Shown one piece after another: positions 36,306 through 50,215 of a DNA stretch of 64,000 nt (positions within the stretch are counted from its first letter, which is position 1; every line of letters starts with the position of its first letter). This DNA is from Eledone cirrhosa (lineage: Eukaryota), in assembly GCA_964016885.1 (NCBI GenBank), contig OZ024759.1, positions 10,664,001 through 10,728,000 on the forward strand, given 5' to 3'. Below the pieces are notes generated by a model. The model did no database searches and was not told the origin of the DNA. It worked only from the letters and a program-made list of their open reading frames with translations. The position numbers and the translations under genes are program-made.

Positions 36306-37572
36306 ATATATCTATATATATACACACTAACATGGTTGGTGTTAGGAAGGACTAGTATCTGAAAAGTTCAGACCCTCTTCCTGCTATTTCAAGTGTTAAA
36401 CTAATATATTTCTTCCATGTACTGTGTTGTTTGTTTTGTTATTTCTGTTTACTTTATAGATAAGAAATCCCAGTAGAGGAAGACCACGAAAGACCGTGAC
36501 AAATGGAGAGATGCTGTTTTGAATAGGACCTGTCCCACCCTTGCAAGCAAGAAAAAGCGATTGTAGATAAATAACTGTTTCTACTTTAGGCACAAGGCCA
36601 GCAATTATCCAGTGCATTACTGGTACTTTATTTTATCGACCCCGTAAGGATGAAAGGCAAAGTCAACCTCGGCACGATTGTAGATAAATAACACTGTTCT
36701 GCAACACACACACACATATATATATATTATATATATATATATATTATCATCATCATCATTTTACGTCCGCTTTTCCCTGCTTGCAAGGGTGGGACGGGAA
36801 CTGATTCTGGCTTGATTTCTACAGCTGGATGCCCTTCCTAACACCAACCTCACTTACAGTGAGCGCTGGGTGCTTTTTTGCCGTGGCGCCTCCACGACCA
36901 CTTTGCAGTGGAATGATAGGGACCCCAGTCCCTATCATCTCATTTCTACAGCTGAGTAAACTGGAGCAATGTGAAATAAAGTGTCTTGCTCAAGGACACA
37001 ACACATCACCCGGTCTGAGAATTGAACTCACAACCTTTCGATTGCAAAGTCAATGCTCTAACCACTAAGCCATGTACCTCCACATATGTATCTAAAAGGT
37101 AAACAGAAATAACATGTATCCCAGGTTCAATTGGGGGAAACCACAGTAAGTAAGGTACTCAATACATAGCGGAGTATAAATATTTAATACAGAAACAGTT
37201 CTAGTTCATTTCTATATTATATCATCATCATTTCATTTTACGTCCGCTTTTCCCTGCTAGCAAGGGTGGGACGGGAACTGATTCTGGCTTGATTTCTACA
37301 GCTGGATGCCCTTCCTAACACCAACCTCATTTACAGTGAGTGCTGGGTGCTTTTTTTTTTATGCCAAGGCACCTCCACGACCACTTTGCAGTGGAATGAT
37401 AGAGACCCCAGTCCCTATCATCTCATTTCTACAGCTGAGTAAACTGGAGCAATGTGAAATAAAGTGTCTTGCTCAAGGAAACAACACATCACCCGGTCTG
37501 AGAATTAAACTCACAACCTTTCGATTGCAAGGCCAATGGTCTAACCACTAAGCCATGTGCCTCCATATATAT

Positions 37573-37603
<31 letters not shown>

Positions 37604-37673
37604 CATATCTGTATGTATGTGTGTGTGTATATATATTACAGTTCAGTTTGGTATTAAAAATAGGATCTCTTAC

Positions 37674-37695
37674 CATTTGGTGAATTGCTGATACT
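37674..37695 (-). CDS. RNF4: RNF4-like 22-nt microexon SISNSPN(D)
   Basis: Acceptor tttttttactttcAG and donor G|GTAAGA. Phase 0 to 1, needed to bridge the flanking exons. Confidence 0.75.
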
Positions 37696-37767
37696 CTGAA
37701 AGTAAAAAAAAAACAGAAAAAGAATTAGTACAAATAAAATTTAGAACTTCATCACTACATATACTAT

Positions 37768-38990
37768 AGAACAGGGAGAGTGTCTGAGTTTGGTATCATA
37801 GAACCTGGGAGAGTTTCAGACAGTTTGGTATCATAGAACCTGGGAGAGTGTCAGACAGTTTGGTATCATAGAACCTGGGAGAGTGTCAGACAGTTTGATA
37901 TCATAGAACCAGGGAGAGTTTCAGACAGTTTGGTATCATAGAACCTGGGAGAGTGTCAGACAGTTTGGTATCATAGAACCTGGGAGAGTGCCTGACAGTT
38001 TGGTATCATAGAACAAGGGAGAGTGTCAGACAGTTTGGTATCATAGAACCAGGGACAGATTCAGACAGTTTGGTATCATAGAACCTGGGAGAGTGTCAGA
38101 CAGTTTGGTATCATAGAACAAGGGAGAGTGTCAGACAGTTTGGTATCATAGAACCAGGGACAGATTCAGACAGTTTGGTATCATAGAACCTGGGAGAGTG
38201 TCTGACAGTTTGGTATCATAGAACCTGGGAGAGTGTCTGACAGTTTGGTATCATAGAACCTGGGAGAGTGTCAGACAGTTTGGTATCATAGAACCTGGGA
38301 GAGTGTCTGACAGTTTGGTATCATATAGAACCTGGGAAAGTGTCAGACAGTTTGGTATCATAGAACAGGGACAGTTTCAGACAGTTTGGTATCATAGAAC
38401 CTGGGAGAGTTTCAGACAGTTTGGTATCATAGAACAGGGGGAGTTTCAGACAGTTTGGTATCATAGAACCAGGGAGAGTGTCTAACAGTTTGGTATCATA
38501 GAACCTGGGAGAGTGCCTGACAGTTTGGTATCATATAGAACCTGGGAGAGTGTCAGACAGTTTGGTATCATAGAACCTGGGAGAGTGTCAGACAGTTTGG
38601 TATCATAGAACTTGGGAGAGTGTCTGACAGTTTGGTATCATAGAACAGGGACAGTTTCAGACAGTTTGGTATCATAGAACCTGGGAGAGTGTCTGACAGT
38701 TTGGTATCATAGAACAGGGACAGTTTCAGACAGTTTGGTATCATAGAACCTGGGAGAGTGTCTGACAGTTTGGTATCATAGAACAGGGACAGTTTCAGAC
38801 AGTTTGGTATCATAGAACCTGGGAGAGTGTCTGACAGTTTGGTATCATAGAACCTGGGAGAGTGCCTGACAGTTTGGTATCATAGAACAGGGAGAGTGTC
38901 AGACAGTTTGGTATCATAGAACCAGGGAGAGTGTCTAACAGTTTGGTATCATAGAACCTGGGAGAGTGTCTGACAGTTTGGTATGAAAGG
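37768..38990. repeat. 35-bp tandem array, about 35 copies
   Basis: Unit gaacctgggagagtgtcagacagtttggtatcata. Ends in ggtatgaaaggg, resembling the ...tatcaaaagggttaa end of a second TTAA element family (40860, 41230). Confidence 0.95.
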
Positions 38991-39079
38991 GGCCCAAAGT
39001 GTAAAGTTAGCAAGGAAGAAGGGGGAAAAGGTAGCGTGTCTCTTTACATAAAGAAAACCAGCAAAAGTTGTTTACTTAC

Positions 39080-39138
39080 TAAGTTATCATCAGATATGAA
39101 GTACACATCCTCATCATCGCTCAGATCATAGACTTTAT
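39080..39138 (-). CDS. RNF4: RNF4-like exon (N)KVYDLSDDEDVYFISDDNL, two SIM-like motifs
   Basis: Acceptor tttgtttgttgcAG and donor GTAAGT. Phase 1 to 0. Hydrophobic cores flanked by acidic and Ser residues. Confidence 0.82.
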
Positions 39139-39604
39139 CTGCAACAAACAAACGTTAGAATAAGTTTTACACCACACCACCAGAGTCTCAAACAACACAC
39201 CACACCATTCACAGACAACCCAACACACCACCACCAGTCTCAAAGACCACACCACACCCAGTAAAACCAACACCTTAACCACTAGACTATATACCTTCAC
39301 ATGTGAGACATCAAAATAAACCTCTTCAGTGCCACAGACAAGATAACTCATCCCAACATGTTTGAACTTGTTTCCAACAGTTCAATAATTTCATTATTAT
39401 TATAACTTCAAAGCTAGATGGAGTTACTAGTTTATTGATGTGACATTTGTCAATCATGCAGATAAGTGTTGTTAATAAATGTTTGTTTAAAAAAATAGTC
39501 ATTTTACTGAAAAAAGACCCGGCTGTAAACAGGTTAATGGCAACTGTTGCCAAGAAACTACCCTTGAATCCAGCAAAACCCTTCATTTTTTTTTTTCCTT
39601 TTAA

Positions 39605-40318
39605 CCCTTTAGTGTTCAAACCAGCCAGAATTCTCTACCTTTTTCTGTTGAAACTGGCTGTAACTGGTCACTCAAACTGATGTTAAGGTATTGTTCTCAA
39701 AATAAATACTTTCATAATTTCATAGATTCGATATTATGTGAGATAATTATGTGAGGTAAAGCATTTACCATGAAAATATAATAGTATATATAGAATAATG
39801 TAAATGTTATGTGAGATATTATGTGAGGTAAAGCCTTTACTGTGAAAATACAATAGTATATATAGAATAATGTAAATGTTATGTGAGATATTATGTGAGG
39901 TAAAGCCTTTACTGTGAAAATACAATAGTATATATAGAATAATGTAAATGTTATGTGAGATATTATGTGAGGTAAAGCCTTTACTGTGAAAATATAATAG
40001 TATATATAGAGTAATGTAAATGTTATGTGAGATTTTATGTGAGGTAAAGCCTTTACTGTGACAATATAATAGTAACTATAGAGTAATGTAAATGTTATGT
40101 GAGATATTATGTGAGGTAAAGCATTTACCATGAAAATACAATAGTATATATAGAGTAATGTAAATGTTATGTGAGATATTATGTGAGGTAAAGCCTTTAC
40201 TGTGAAAATATAATAGTATATATAGAGTAATGTAAATGTTATGTGAGATATTATGTGAGGTAAAGCCTTTACTGTGAAAATATAATAGTATATATAGAGT
40301 AATGTGAATGCTAAAGGG
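39605..40318 (-). mobile_element. piggyBac-like TTAA MITE with satellite array
   Basis: TTAA|CCCTTTAG...TAAAGGG|TTAA. Further single-unit or partial copies at 40431-40625 and 40927-41120. Confidence 0.88.
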
Positions 40319-40643
40319 TTAAACCCATTCATTACCAAAGAAACATACTGTTTCAATTAATTAATGCAGAAGTTTGAAAGATTTACTAAAATTTATTACT
40401 AAGATAGTAAATTAACATATGGTTCTTATATTTAACCCTTTTCCATTTACATTATATTTACTATTAAATTTTCACAGTAAAGACTTTACGTCACATAATA
40501 TTGAATCTATGAGATTTTGATATTTATTTAGAGAACAATACCTTAACATCAGTATGAGTGGCCAGTTATGGCCGGTTTGAAGTGAATGGGGTGAAAGAAT
40601 TCTGGCCAGATACAGTTGGTTTAAATAGGAATCCTTTAAAATA

Positions 40644-40812
40644 CTGTATTTCCCAGCGCCAAAGACGCTTCATCCTCGAAGACACACCCTAATTTTGACA
40701 AGCTAAAGTTTGAAAAAAAACAAAAAAACAGCCTTTCGTCTCCAGGACGCATGGTAGATTTTTGAGACTTATTTTAGAAAAAGAGTAGTCTCTTCGATGC
40801 CAAGAAATACGG
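40644..40812. mobile_element. TA-flanked MITE, same family as 199-414
   Basis: TA|ctgtatttcccagcgcc...gatgccaagaaatacgg|TA. Empty-site paralogue at 41165-41190 (cctttaaaataggtg). Confidence 0.7.
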
Positions 40813-41579
40813 TAGGTGATTTTGTCTCATTGGACCAGAGCTGATTTTGTTTGGGTTGGTTTCAAAAGGGTTAATGAAGAATTTTGAGGGATTTACTAAA
40901 ATTATTTTATTACTAAGATAATAACTTAACCTTTTAATGTTCAAACCGGCCAAAATCGGCCAGAATTCTCTACCTTTTTCTGTTGAAACTGGCTGTAACC
41001 GGTCACTCAAACTGATGTTAAGGTATTGTTCTCAAAATAAATACTTTCAAAATCTCATAGATTCGATATTATGTGAGGTAAAGCCTTTACCATGAAAATA
41101 TAATAGTATATATAGAGTAATGGGAAAGTTTTATGTAAATTTATGTTGAAAGAATATTTTAAAAATAGGAACCCTTTAAAATAGGTGGTTTTGTTGCATA
41201 GAAACTGAGCTTGGTTTTGGCAAGGTTAGTATCAAAAGGGTTAAATCAGAACCCTTTAAAATGTGGTTTTGGATGCGTTATCAAAAGGGTTGAATAACAA
41301 CTTAATCGTCACAGAAGTGTCAAAATATATTACTTATATTGTGGTATAAGTTGGACCTTCGACAGTTCTGATGCCAAAAAGGTTCCAGTTGTTTGATTAA
41401 ATGAACAATCCACTTGTGAAATTAACATGCAAGTGACTGAGCATACCACAAACACATGTACCCTGGGCTCTTTGAATTACAGGTACAAATTATTTTTACC
41501 AGCTGAGAGGACTGGAGCAACATGAAATAAAGTGCCTTGCTCAAGGACACAGTGTACCTCAGGGAATAGAACTAACCAA

Positions 41580-41694
41580 ACACCACCGTTAAATACACAC
41601 ACACACAAATATATATACACACCACCCTTATATATATATACACACACACAAACCACCTTTATATATATATATATACACACACACAAATCACCCT

Positions 41695-41752
<58 letters not shown>

Positions 41753-42017
41753 TATATATACACATGCACATATATAGACATACCACCCTTATATACACAC
41801 ACATATATAGACACACCAACCTTATATATATATATACACACACACACAAATCACCCTTGTGTATATATATATATAGATATATATATATACACATGCACAT
41901 ATATAGACATACCACCCTTATATACACACACATATATAGACACACCACCCTTATATATATATACACACACACAAACCACCTTTATATATATATATACACA
42001 CACACACAAATCACCCT

Positions 42018-42066
<49 letters not shown>

Positions 42067-42205
42067 TTATATATACACATGCACATATATAGACATACCA
42101 CCCTTATATACACACACATATATAGACACACCACCCTTATATATATATACACACACACAAACCACCTTTATATATATATATACACACACACAAACCACCC
42201 TTGTG

Positions 42206-42251
<46 letters not shown>

Positions 42252-42358
42252 TATATATACACATGCACATATATAGACATACCACCCTTATATACACACA
42301 CATATATAGACACACCACCCTTATATATATATACACACACACACACACAAATCACCCT

Positions 42359-42394
<36 letters not shown>

Positions 42395-42787
42395 TATATA
42401 TATATATACACATGCACATATATAGACATACCACCCTTATATACACACACATATATAGACACACCACCCTTATATATATATACACACACACACACACAAA
42501 TCACCCTTGTGTATATATATATATATATATATATATAGATATATATATATACACATGCACATATATAGACATACCACCCTTATATACACACACATATATA
42601 GACACACACACACAAATCACCCTTGTGTATATATATATATAGATATATATATATACACATGCACATATATAAACATACCACCCTTATATACACACACACA
42701 TATATAGACACACCACCCTTATATATATATATACACACACACAAACCACCTTTATATATATATATACACACACACACAAATCACCCT

Positions 42788-42846
<59 letters not shown>

Positions 42847-42987
42847 TTATATATACACATGCACATATATAGACATACCACCCTTATATACACACACATA
42901 TATAGACACACCACCCTTATATATATATACACACACACACAAACCACCTTTATATATATATATACACACACACAAACCACCCTTGTG

Positions 42988-43035
<48 letters not shown>

Positions 43036-43320
43036 TATATATACACATGCACATATATAGACATACCACCCTTATATACACACACATATATAGACACACC
43101 ACCCTTATATATATATATACACACACACACAAATCACCCTTGTGTATATATATATATATAGATATATATATATATACACATGCACATATATAGACATACC
43201 ACCCTTATATACACACACATATATAGATATATATATATACACATGCACATATATAGACACACCACCCTTATATACACACACATATATAGACACACCACCC
43301 TTATATATACACACACATTT
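41580..43320. repeat. Composite microsatellite-based tandem repeat
   Basis: Ordered modules cacatgcacatatatagacataccaccctt / cacaccaccctt / aaaccaccttt / aaatcacccttgtg, separated by (TA)n and (CA)n and repeated several times. Confidence 0.9.
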
Positions 43321-43333
43321 ATGAGCTACTTAC

Positions 43334-43346
43334 TTGTAGATGCCAT
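43334..43346 (-). CDS. RNF4: RNF4-like start exon, coding part MAST(N); whole exon 43334-43422 includes 5' UTR
   Basis: Acceptor ttttttcttcttcttcAG at 43423, acaacATGG start context, in-frame TAA upstream of the ATG, donor GTAAGT, phase 1. Confidence 0.78.
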
Positions 43347-43728
43347 GTTGTAGGCAGGTTTTCTATCCCCCAAGGAATGGAACAATATGTAGAACAACTT
43401 ATCTTGTTAAGTCAACGGTTCTCTGAAGAAGAAGAAAAAAAGGAAAATGTTACAGCAATTGATGTCACCCCCCTGCTTCTCATGAATACTAAAGCAAACA
43501 TCAAACAACTCTTGAAAGCTGCTTCTTTGCCCACTTATTTCTGAGAGGGTCGTGGGGACTGAGTCCTCAAACACCCCCTCCAGCAGGCCCTGTTTGAAGC
43601 AATCGTCTCCAACTGATCCAGCTGGATCGTCAAGCAAGACCTGTCAAGCTTATGGATTTTATCCATCTCGCTCGGCGTCTACCTCTGGGTCTCCTACCTG
43701 TTGGTTTTGCCCATCGATTCTTTCCCCC

Positions 43729-46700
43729 GAGACATTCTAACCACATGCCTGTAGTATCAGAGCTGTGATCTCTCAATTTAGAGAAGTAGTGGCTCTACTG
43801 GGAATGACTCTCTGATCTCTGAGCTACGCAGTCTTTCCTGAGACATTCTAACCACATGTCCATAATATCAGAGCTGTGATCTCTCAATTTAGAGAAGTAG
43901 TGGCTCTACTGGGAGTGACTCTCTGATCTACGCAGTCTTTCCTGAGACATTCTAACCACATGTCCATAATATCAGAGCTGTGATCTCTCAATTTAGAGAA
44001 GTAGTGGCTCTACTGGGAGTGACTCTCTGATCTCTGAGCTACGCAGTCTTTCCTGAGACATTCTAACCACATGCCAATAATATCAGAGCTGTGATCTCTC
44101 AATTTAAAGAAGTAGCGGCTCTACTGGGAGTGACTCTCTGAGCTACGCAGTCTTTCCTGAGACATTCTAACCACATGCCTGTAGTATCAGAGCTGTGATC
44201 TCTCAATTTAGAGAAGTAGTGGCTCTACTGGGAGTGACTCTCTGATCTCTGAGCTACGCAGTCTTTCCTGAGACATTCTAACCACATGCCCATAGTATCA
44301 GAGCTGTGATCTCTCAATTTAGAGAAGTAGCGGCTCTACTGGGAGTAACTCTGATCTCTGAGCTACGCAGTCTTTCCTGAGACATTCTAACCACATGCCC
44401 ATAGTATCAGAGCTGTGATCTCTCAATTTAGAGAAGTAGCGGCTCTACTGGGAATGACTCTCTGATCTCTGAGCTACGCAGTCTTTCCTGAGACATTCTA
44501 ACCACATGCCCATAGTATCAGAGCTGTGATCTCTCAATTTAGAGAAGTAGCGGCTCTACTGGGAATGACTCTCTGATCTCTGAGCTACGCAGTCTTTCCT
44601 GAGACATTCTAACCACATGCCAATAATATCAGAGCTGTGATCTCTCAATTTTGAGAAGTAGCGGCTCTACTGGGAGTGACTCTCTGAGCTACGCAGTCTT
44701 TCCTGAGACATTCTAACCACATGCCCATAGTATCAGAGCTGTGATCTCTCAATTTAGAGAAGTAGCGGCTCTACTGGGAGTAACTCTCTGATCTCTGAGC
44801 TACGCAGTCTTTCCTGAGACATTCTAACCACATGCCTGTAGTATCAGAGCTGTGATCTCTCAATTTAGAGAAGTAGCGGCTCTACTGGGAGTGACTCTCT
44901 GATCTCTGAGCTACGCAGTCTTTCCTGAGACATTCTAACCACATGCCCATAGTATCAGAGCTGTGATCTCTCAATTTAGAGAAGTAGCGGCTCTACTGGG
45001 AATGACTCTCTGATCTCTGAGCTACGCAGTCTTTCCTGAGACATTCTAACCACATGCCCATAGTATCAGAGCTGTGATCTCTCAATTTAGAGAAGTAGTG
45101 GCTCTACTGGGAATGACTCTCTGATCTCTGAGCTACGCAGTCTTTCCTGAGACATTCTAACCACATGCCCATAGTATCAGAGCTGTGATCTCTCAATTTT
45201 GAGAAGTAGCGGCTCTACTGGGAGTGACTCTCTGAGCTACGCAGTCTTTCCTGAGACATTCTAACCACATGCCCATAGTATCAGAGCTGTGATCTCTCAA
45301 TTTAGAGAAGTAGCGGCTCTACTGGGAGTAACTCTCTGATCTCTGAGCTACGCAGTCTTTCCTGAGACATTCTAACCACATGCCTGTAGTATCAGAGCTG
45401 TGATCTCTCAATTTAGAGAAGTAGCGGCTCTACTGGGAGTGACTCTCTGATCTCTGAGCTACGCAGTCTTTCCTGAGACATTCTAACCACATGCCCATAG
45501 TATCAGAGCTGTGATCTCTCAATTTAGAGAAGTAGTGGCTCTACTGGGAATGACTCTCTGATCTCTGAGCTACGCAGTCTTTCCTGAGACATTCTAACCA
45601 CATGCCCATAGTATCAGAGCTGTGATCTCTCAATTTTGAGAAGTAGCGGCTCTACTGGGAGTGACTCTCTGAGCTACGCAGTCTTTCCTGAGACATTCTA
45701 ACCACATGCCCATAGTATCAGAGCTGTGATCTCTCAATTTAGAGAAGTAGCGGCTCTACTGGGAGTAACTCTGATCTCTGAGCTACGCAGTCTTTCCTGA
45801 GACATTCTAACCACATGCCCATAGTATCAGAGCTGTGATCTCTCAATTTAGAGAAGTAGCGGCTCTACTGGGAATGACTCTCTGATCTCTGAGCTACGCA
45901 GTCTTTCCTGAGACATTCTAACCACATGCCCATAGTATCAGAGCTGTGATCTCTCAATTTAGAGAAGTAGCGGCTCTACTGGGAATGACTCTCTGATCTC
46001 TGAGCTACGCAGTCTTTCCTGAGACATTCTAACCACATGCCAATAATATCAGAGCTGTGATCTCTCAATTTTGAGAAGTAGCGGCTCTACTGGGAGTGAC
46101 TCTCTGAGCTACGCAGTCTTTCCTGAGACATTCTAACCACATGCCCATAGTATCAGAGCTGTGATCTCTCAATTTAGAGAAGTAGCGGCTCTACTGGGAG
46201 TAACTCTCTGATCTCTGAGCTACGCAGTCTTTCCTGAGACATTCTAACCACATGCCTGTAGTATCAGAGCTGTGATCTCTCAATTTAGAGAAGTAGCGGC
46301 TCTACTGGGAGTGACTCTCTGATCTCTGAGCTACGCAGTCTTTCCTGAGACATTCTAACCACATGCCCATAGTATCAGAGCTGTGATCTCTCAATTTAGA
46401 GAAGTAGCGGCTCTACTGGGAATGACTCTCTGATCTCTGAGCTACGCAGTCTTTCCTGAGACATTCTAACCACATGCCCATAGTATCAGAGCTGTGATCT
46501 CTCAATTTAGAGAAGTAGTGGCTCTACTGGGAATGACTCTCTGATCTCTGAGCTACGCAGTCTTTCCTGAGACATTCTAACCACATGCCCATAGTATCAG
46601 AGCTGTGATCTCTCAATTTTGAGAAGTAGCGGCTCTACTGGGAGTGACTCTCTGAGCTACGCAGTCTTTCCTGAGACATTCTAACCACATGCCCATAGTA

Positions 46701-47217
46701 TCAGAGCTGTGATCTCTCAATTTAGAGAAGTAGCGGCTCTACTGGGAGTAACTCTCTGATCTCTGAGCTACGCAGTCTTTCCTGAGACATTCTAACCACA
46801 TGCCTGTAGTATCAGAGCTGTGATCTCTCAATTTAGAGAAGTAGCGGCTCTACTGGGAGTGACTCTCTGATCTCTGAGCTACGCAGTCTTTCCTGAGACA
46901 TTCTAACCACATGCCCATAGTATCAGAGCTGTGATCTCTCAATTTAGAGAAGTAGCGGCTCTACTGGGAATGACTCTCTGATCTCTGAGCTACGCAGTCT
47001 TTCCTGAGACATTCTAACCACATGCCCATAGTATCAGAGCTGTGATCTCTCAATTTAGAGAAGTAGTGGCTCTACTGGGAATGACTCTCTGATCTCTGAG
47101 CTACGCAGTCTTTCCTGAGACATTCTAACCACATGCCCATAGTATCAGAGCTGTGATCTCTCAATTTGGAGAAGTAGCAGCTCTACCTGGAGTGACTCTC
47201 TGATCTCTGAGCTACGC
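43729..47217. repeat. 111-bp satellite, about 32 copies, amplified inside a Rex3-like LINE remnant
   Basis: Unit gagacattctaaccacatgcccatag...ctgagctacgcagtctttcct. The flanks 43520-43728 and 47218-47255 continue the same LINE as 25190-25600. Confidence 0.95.
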
Positions 47218-47386
47218 ACATTATCGAGTAACATTAATCCAAAGACCCTTGAAAGAGGTTTATGAATTTTAAATTTAAGTCTAATTTCAAAGAGAATAGA
47301 CCAGAATATTTTTCTCAGAGTTCCCTATAACCTGACAAAGGGAATTTTAAGTCCCGAAATACTAGGACAAAAAAAAAAAAAGATAC

Positions 47387-47740
47387 CTGGTAACTAACTT
47401 TTTCATCTTATCGTCCATTTTGCATTGTTTCAGCCGTGTTACATATCTGACCACATTAAACATTTATACACTTCGGGTGGTTTTTCTGCTAACATGTGTA
47501 GTGTGTATATTGATATTATACACAGGTATATATACATGTAGATATGATACATCAAATAACATCGTAATTGACAATATACACAGAAATCGAATGAAGACTG
47601 CGTTACACTGTCTTATGTAATCAGTACCGTAATCCATGATACATTAAAAAAAGACGATATTATATATAAACTGCATTAGGAGAAAATTAGTGACAGAAAT
47701 ATATGAATATTTATTTAAGCGATTGCTAACCGGAAGTGTT
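47387..47740 (-). promoter_or_regulatory. Possible non-coding first exon and promoter of the RNF4-like gene
   Basis: Unique-sequence island with a minus-strand donor CAG|GTATCT at 47386 and an ETS/GABP-type ACCGGAAGTG at 47729-47738. No transcript evidence. Confidence 0.3.
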
Positions 47741-48042
47741 GACATTTGAAAATTTTAAAGAAGTGAATCTTAAAATAAGCAACAAAATTATTTATATTTA
47801 ATCAAGAATAACGAAATTTAGTAGATAAATTATGTAATATTCATTCATTATTTATTCAAAGTAATCCAACTTATTTTACAAACGGGATAAAAATATATAT
47901 TCTGGACAAAGTCCCACACTCCTTACTTTGTTATAGCTTAGATTTCTAATCAAGACATAAGGCCACCAAAATCTGGGAGGGTGTGGCAGGGTTAATTAAA
48001 TCAAATCCAAATATTTGAGTAGAATTTAAAATTAATTTCTAA

Positions 48043-49868
48043 TTTAATTCTTTAACATTTACATTACTCTATATATACTATTGTATTGTCACAGTAAATG
48101 CTTTACCTCACATAATATCTCACATAACATTTACATTACTCTATATATACTATTGTATTGTCACAGTAAAGGCTTTACCTCACATAATATCTCACATAAC
48201 ATTTACATTACTCTATATATACTATTGTATTTTCACAGTAAAGGCTTTACCTCACATAATATCTCACATAACATTTACATTACTCTATATATACTGTTGT
48301 ATTGTCACAGTAAAGGCTTTACCTCACATAACATTTACATTACTCTATATATACTATTGTATTTTCACAGTAAAGGCTTTACCTCACATAATATCTCACA
48401 TAACATTTACATTACTCTATATATACTGTTGTATTGTCACAGTAAAGACTTTACCTCACATAATATCTCACATAACATTTACATTACTCTATATATACTA
48501 TTGTATTTTTACAGTAAAGACTTTACCTCACATAATATCTCACATGACATTTACATTACTCTATATATACTATTGTATTGTCACAGTAAAGGCTTTACCT
48601 CACATAATATCTCACATAACATTTACATTACTCTATATATACTATTGTATTGTCACAGTAAAGGCTTTACCTCACATAATATCTCACATAACATTTACAT
48701 TACTCTATATATACTGTCGTATTGTCACAGTAAAGGCTTTACCTCACATAATATCTCACATAACATTTACATTACTCTATATATACTATTGTATTGTCAC
48801 AGTAAAGGCTTTACCTCACATAATATCTCACATAACATTTACATTACTCTATATATACTATTGTATTGTCACAGTAAAGGCTTTACCTCACAATATCTCA
48901 CATAACATTTACATTACTCTATATATACTGTCGTATTGTCACAGTAAAGGCTTTACCTCACATAACATTTACATTACTCTATATATACTATTGTATTGTC
49001 ACAGTAAAGGCTTTACCTCACATAATATCTCACATAACATTTACATTACTCTATATATACTGTCGTATTGTCACAGTAAAGGCTTTACCTCACATAATAT
49101 CTCACATAACATTTACATTACTCTATATATACTATTGTATTGTCACAGTAAAGGCTTTACCTCACATAATATCTCACATAACATTTACATTACTCTATAT
49201 ATACTGTCGTATTGTCACAGTAAAGGCTTTACCTCACATAATATCTCACATAACATTTACATTACTCTATATATACTATTGTATTGTCACAGTAAAGGCT
49301 TTACCTCACATAATATCTCACATAACATTTACATTACTCTATATATACTATTGTATTGTCACAGTAAAGGCTTTACCTCACATAATATCTCACATAACAT
49401 TTACATTACTCTATATATACTGTCGTATTGTCACAGTAAAGGCTTTACCTCACATAATATCTCACATAACATTTACATTACTCTATATATACTATTGTAT
49501 TGTCACAGTAAAGGCTTTACCTCACATAATATCTCACATAACATTTACATTACTCTATATATACTATTGTATTGTCACAGTAAAGGCTTTACCTCACATA
49601 ATATCTCACATAACATTTACATTACTCTATATATACTATTGTATTGTCACAGTAAAGGCTTTACCTCACATAATATCTCACATAACATTTACATTACTCT
49701 ATATATACTATTGTATTGTCACAGTAAAGACTTTACCTCACATAATATCTCACATAACATTTACATTACTCTATATATACTGTTGTATTGTCACAGTAAA
49801 GGCTTTACCTCACATAATATCTCATAACATTTACATTACTCTATATATACTATTGTATTTTCACAGTA
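48043..49868 (+). repeat. 60/72-bp MITE satellite array, about 25 units, right end missing
   Basis: Same unit as 13122-17086. Degenerate left end ttaattctttaacatttac. Confidence 0.9.
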
Positions 49869-49997
49869 ATGATGGAATGTTTTTAGATAAATACAAAGTT
49901 TTTTACCATAGAACCAGTGATGGTTGGAACATAACTTAACAAAGGCTCTTATATAAAAATATGATGGAGGGTTTTTAGATAAATATAAACACTTTAA

Positions 49998-50215
49998 CCC
50001 TTTAGCATTTACATTACTCTATATTTATGATTGTATTTTCATGGTAAAGGCTTATCTTACACAATTATTTCATATAATATCGAATCTGGGATTTTGATAT
50101 TAATTATTTTGAGAACAATACCTTAACATTAGTATGAGTGGTCAGTTACAGCTGATTTGAACAGAAAAAGGTGAGAGAATTCTGGCCGGATACGGCCGGT
50201 TTGAATACTAAAGGG
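49998..50215 (+). mobile_element. Minimal single-unit TTAA MITE, 218 bp
   Basis: TTAA|ccctttagcatttac...gaatactaaaggg|TTAA with one copy of the satellite unit. Confidence 0.88.

Noticed and set aside
41334-41367. Possible extra minus-strand exon of the RNF4-like gene
   Set aside because: Weak splice sites, phase 0 to 1 does not fit between phase-1 neighbours, and it adjoins SINE-like sequence.
43399-43422. RTVDLTR, a SIM-like peptide upstream of the RNF4-like ATG
   Set aside because: Out of frame with the CDS and followed by a stop. At most a uORF or a relic.
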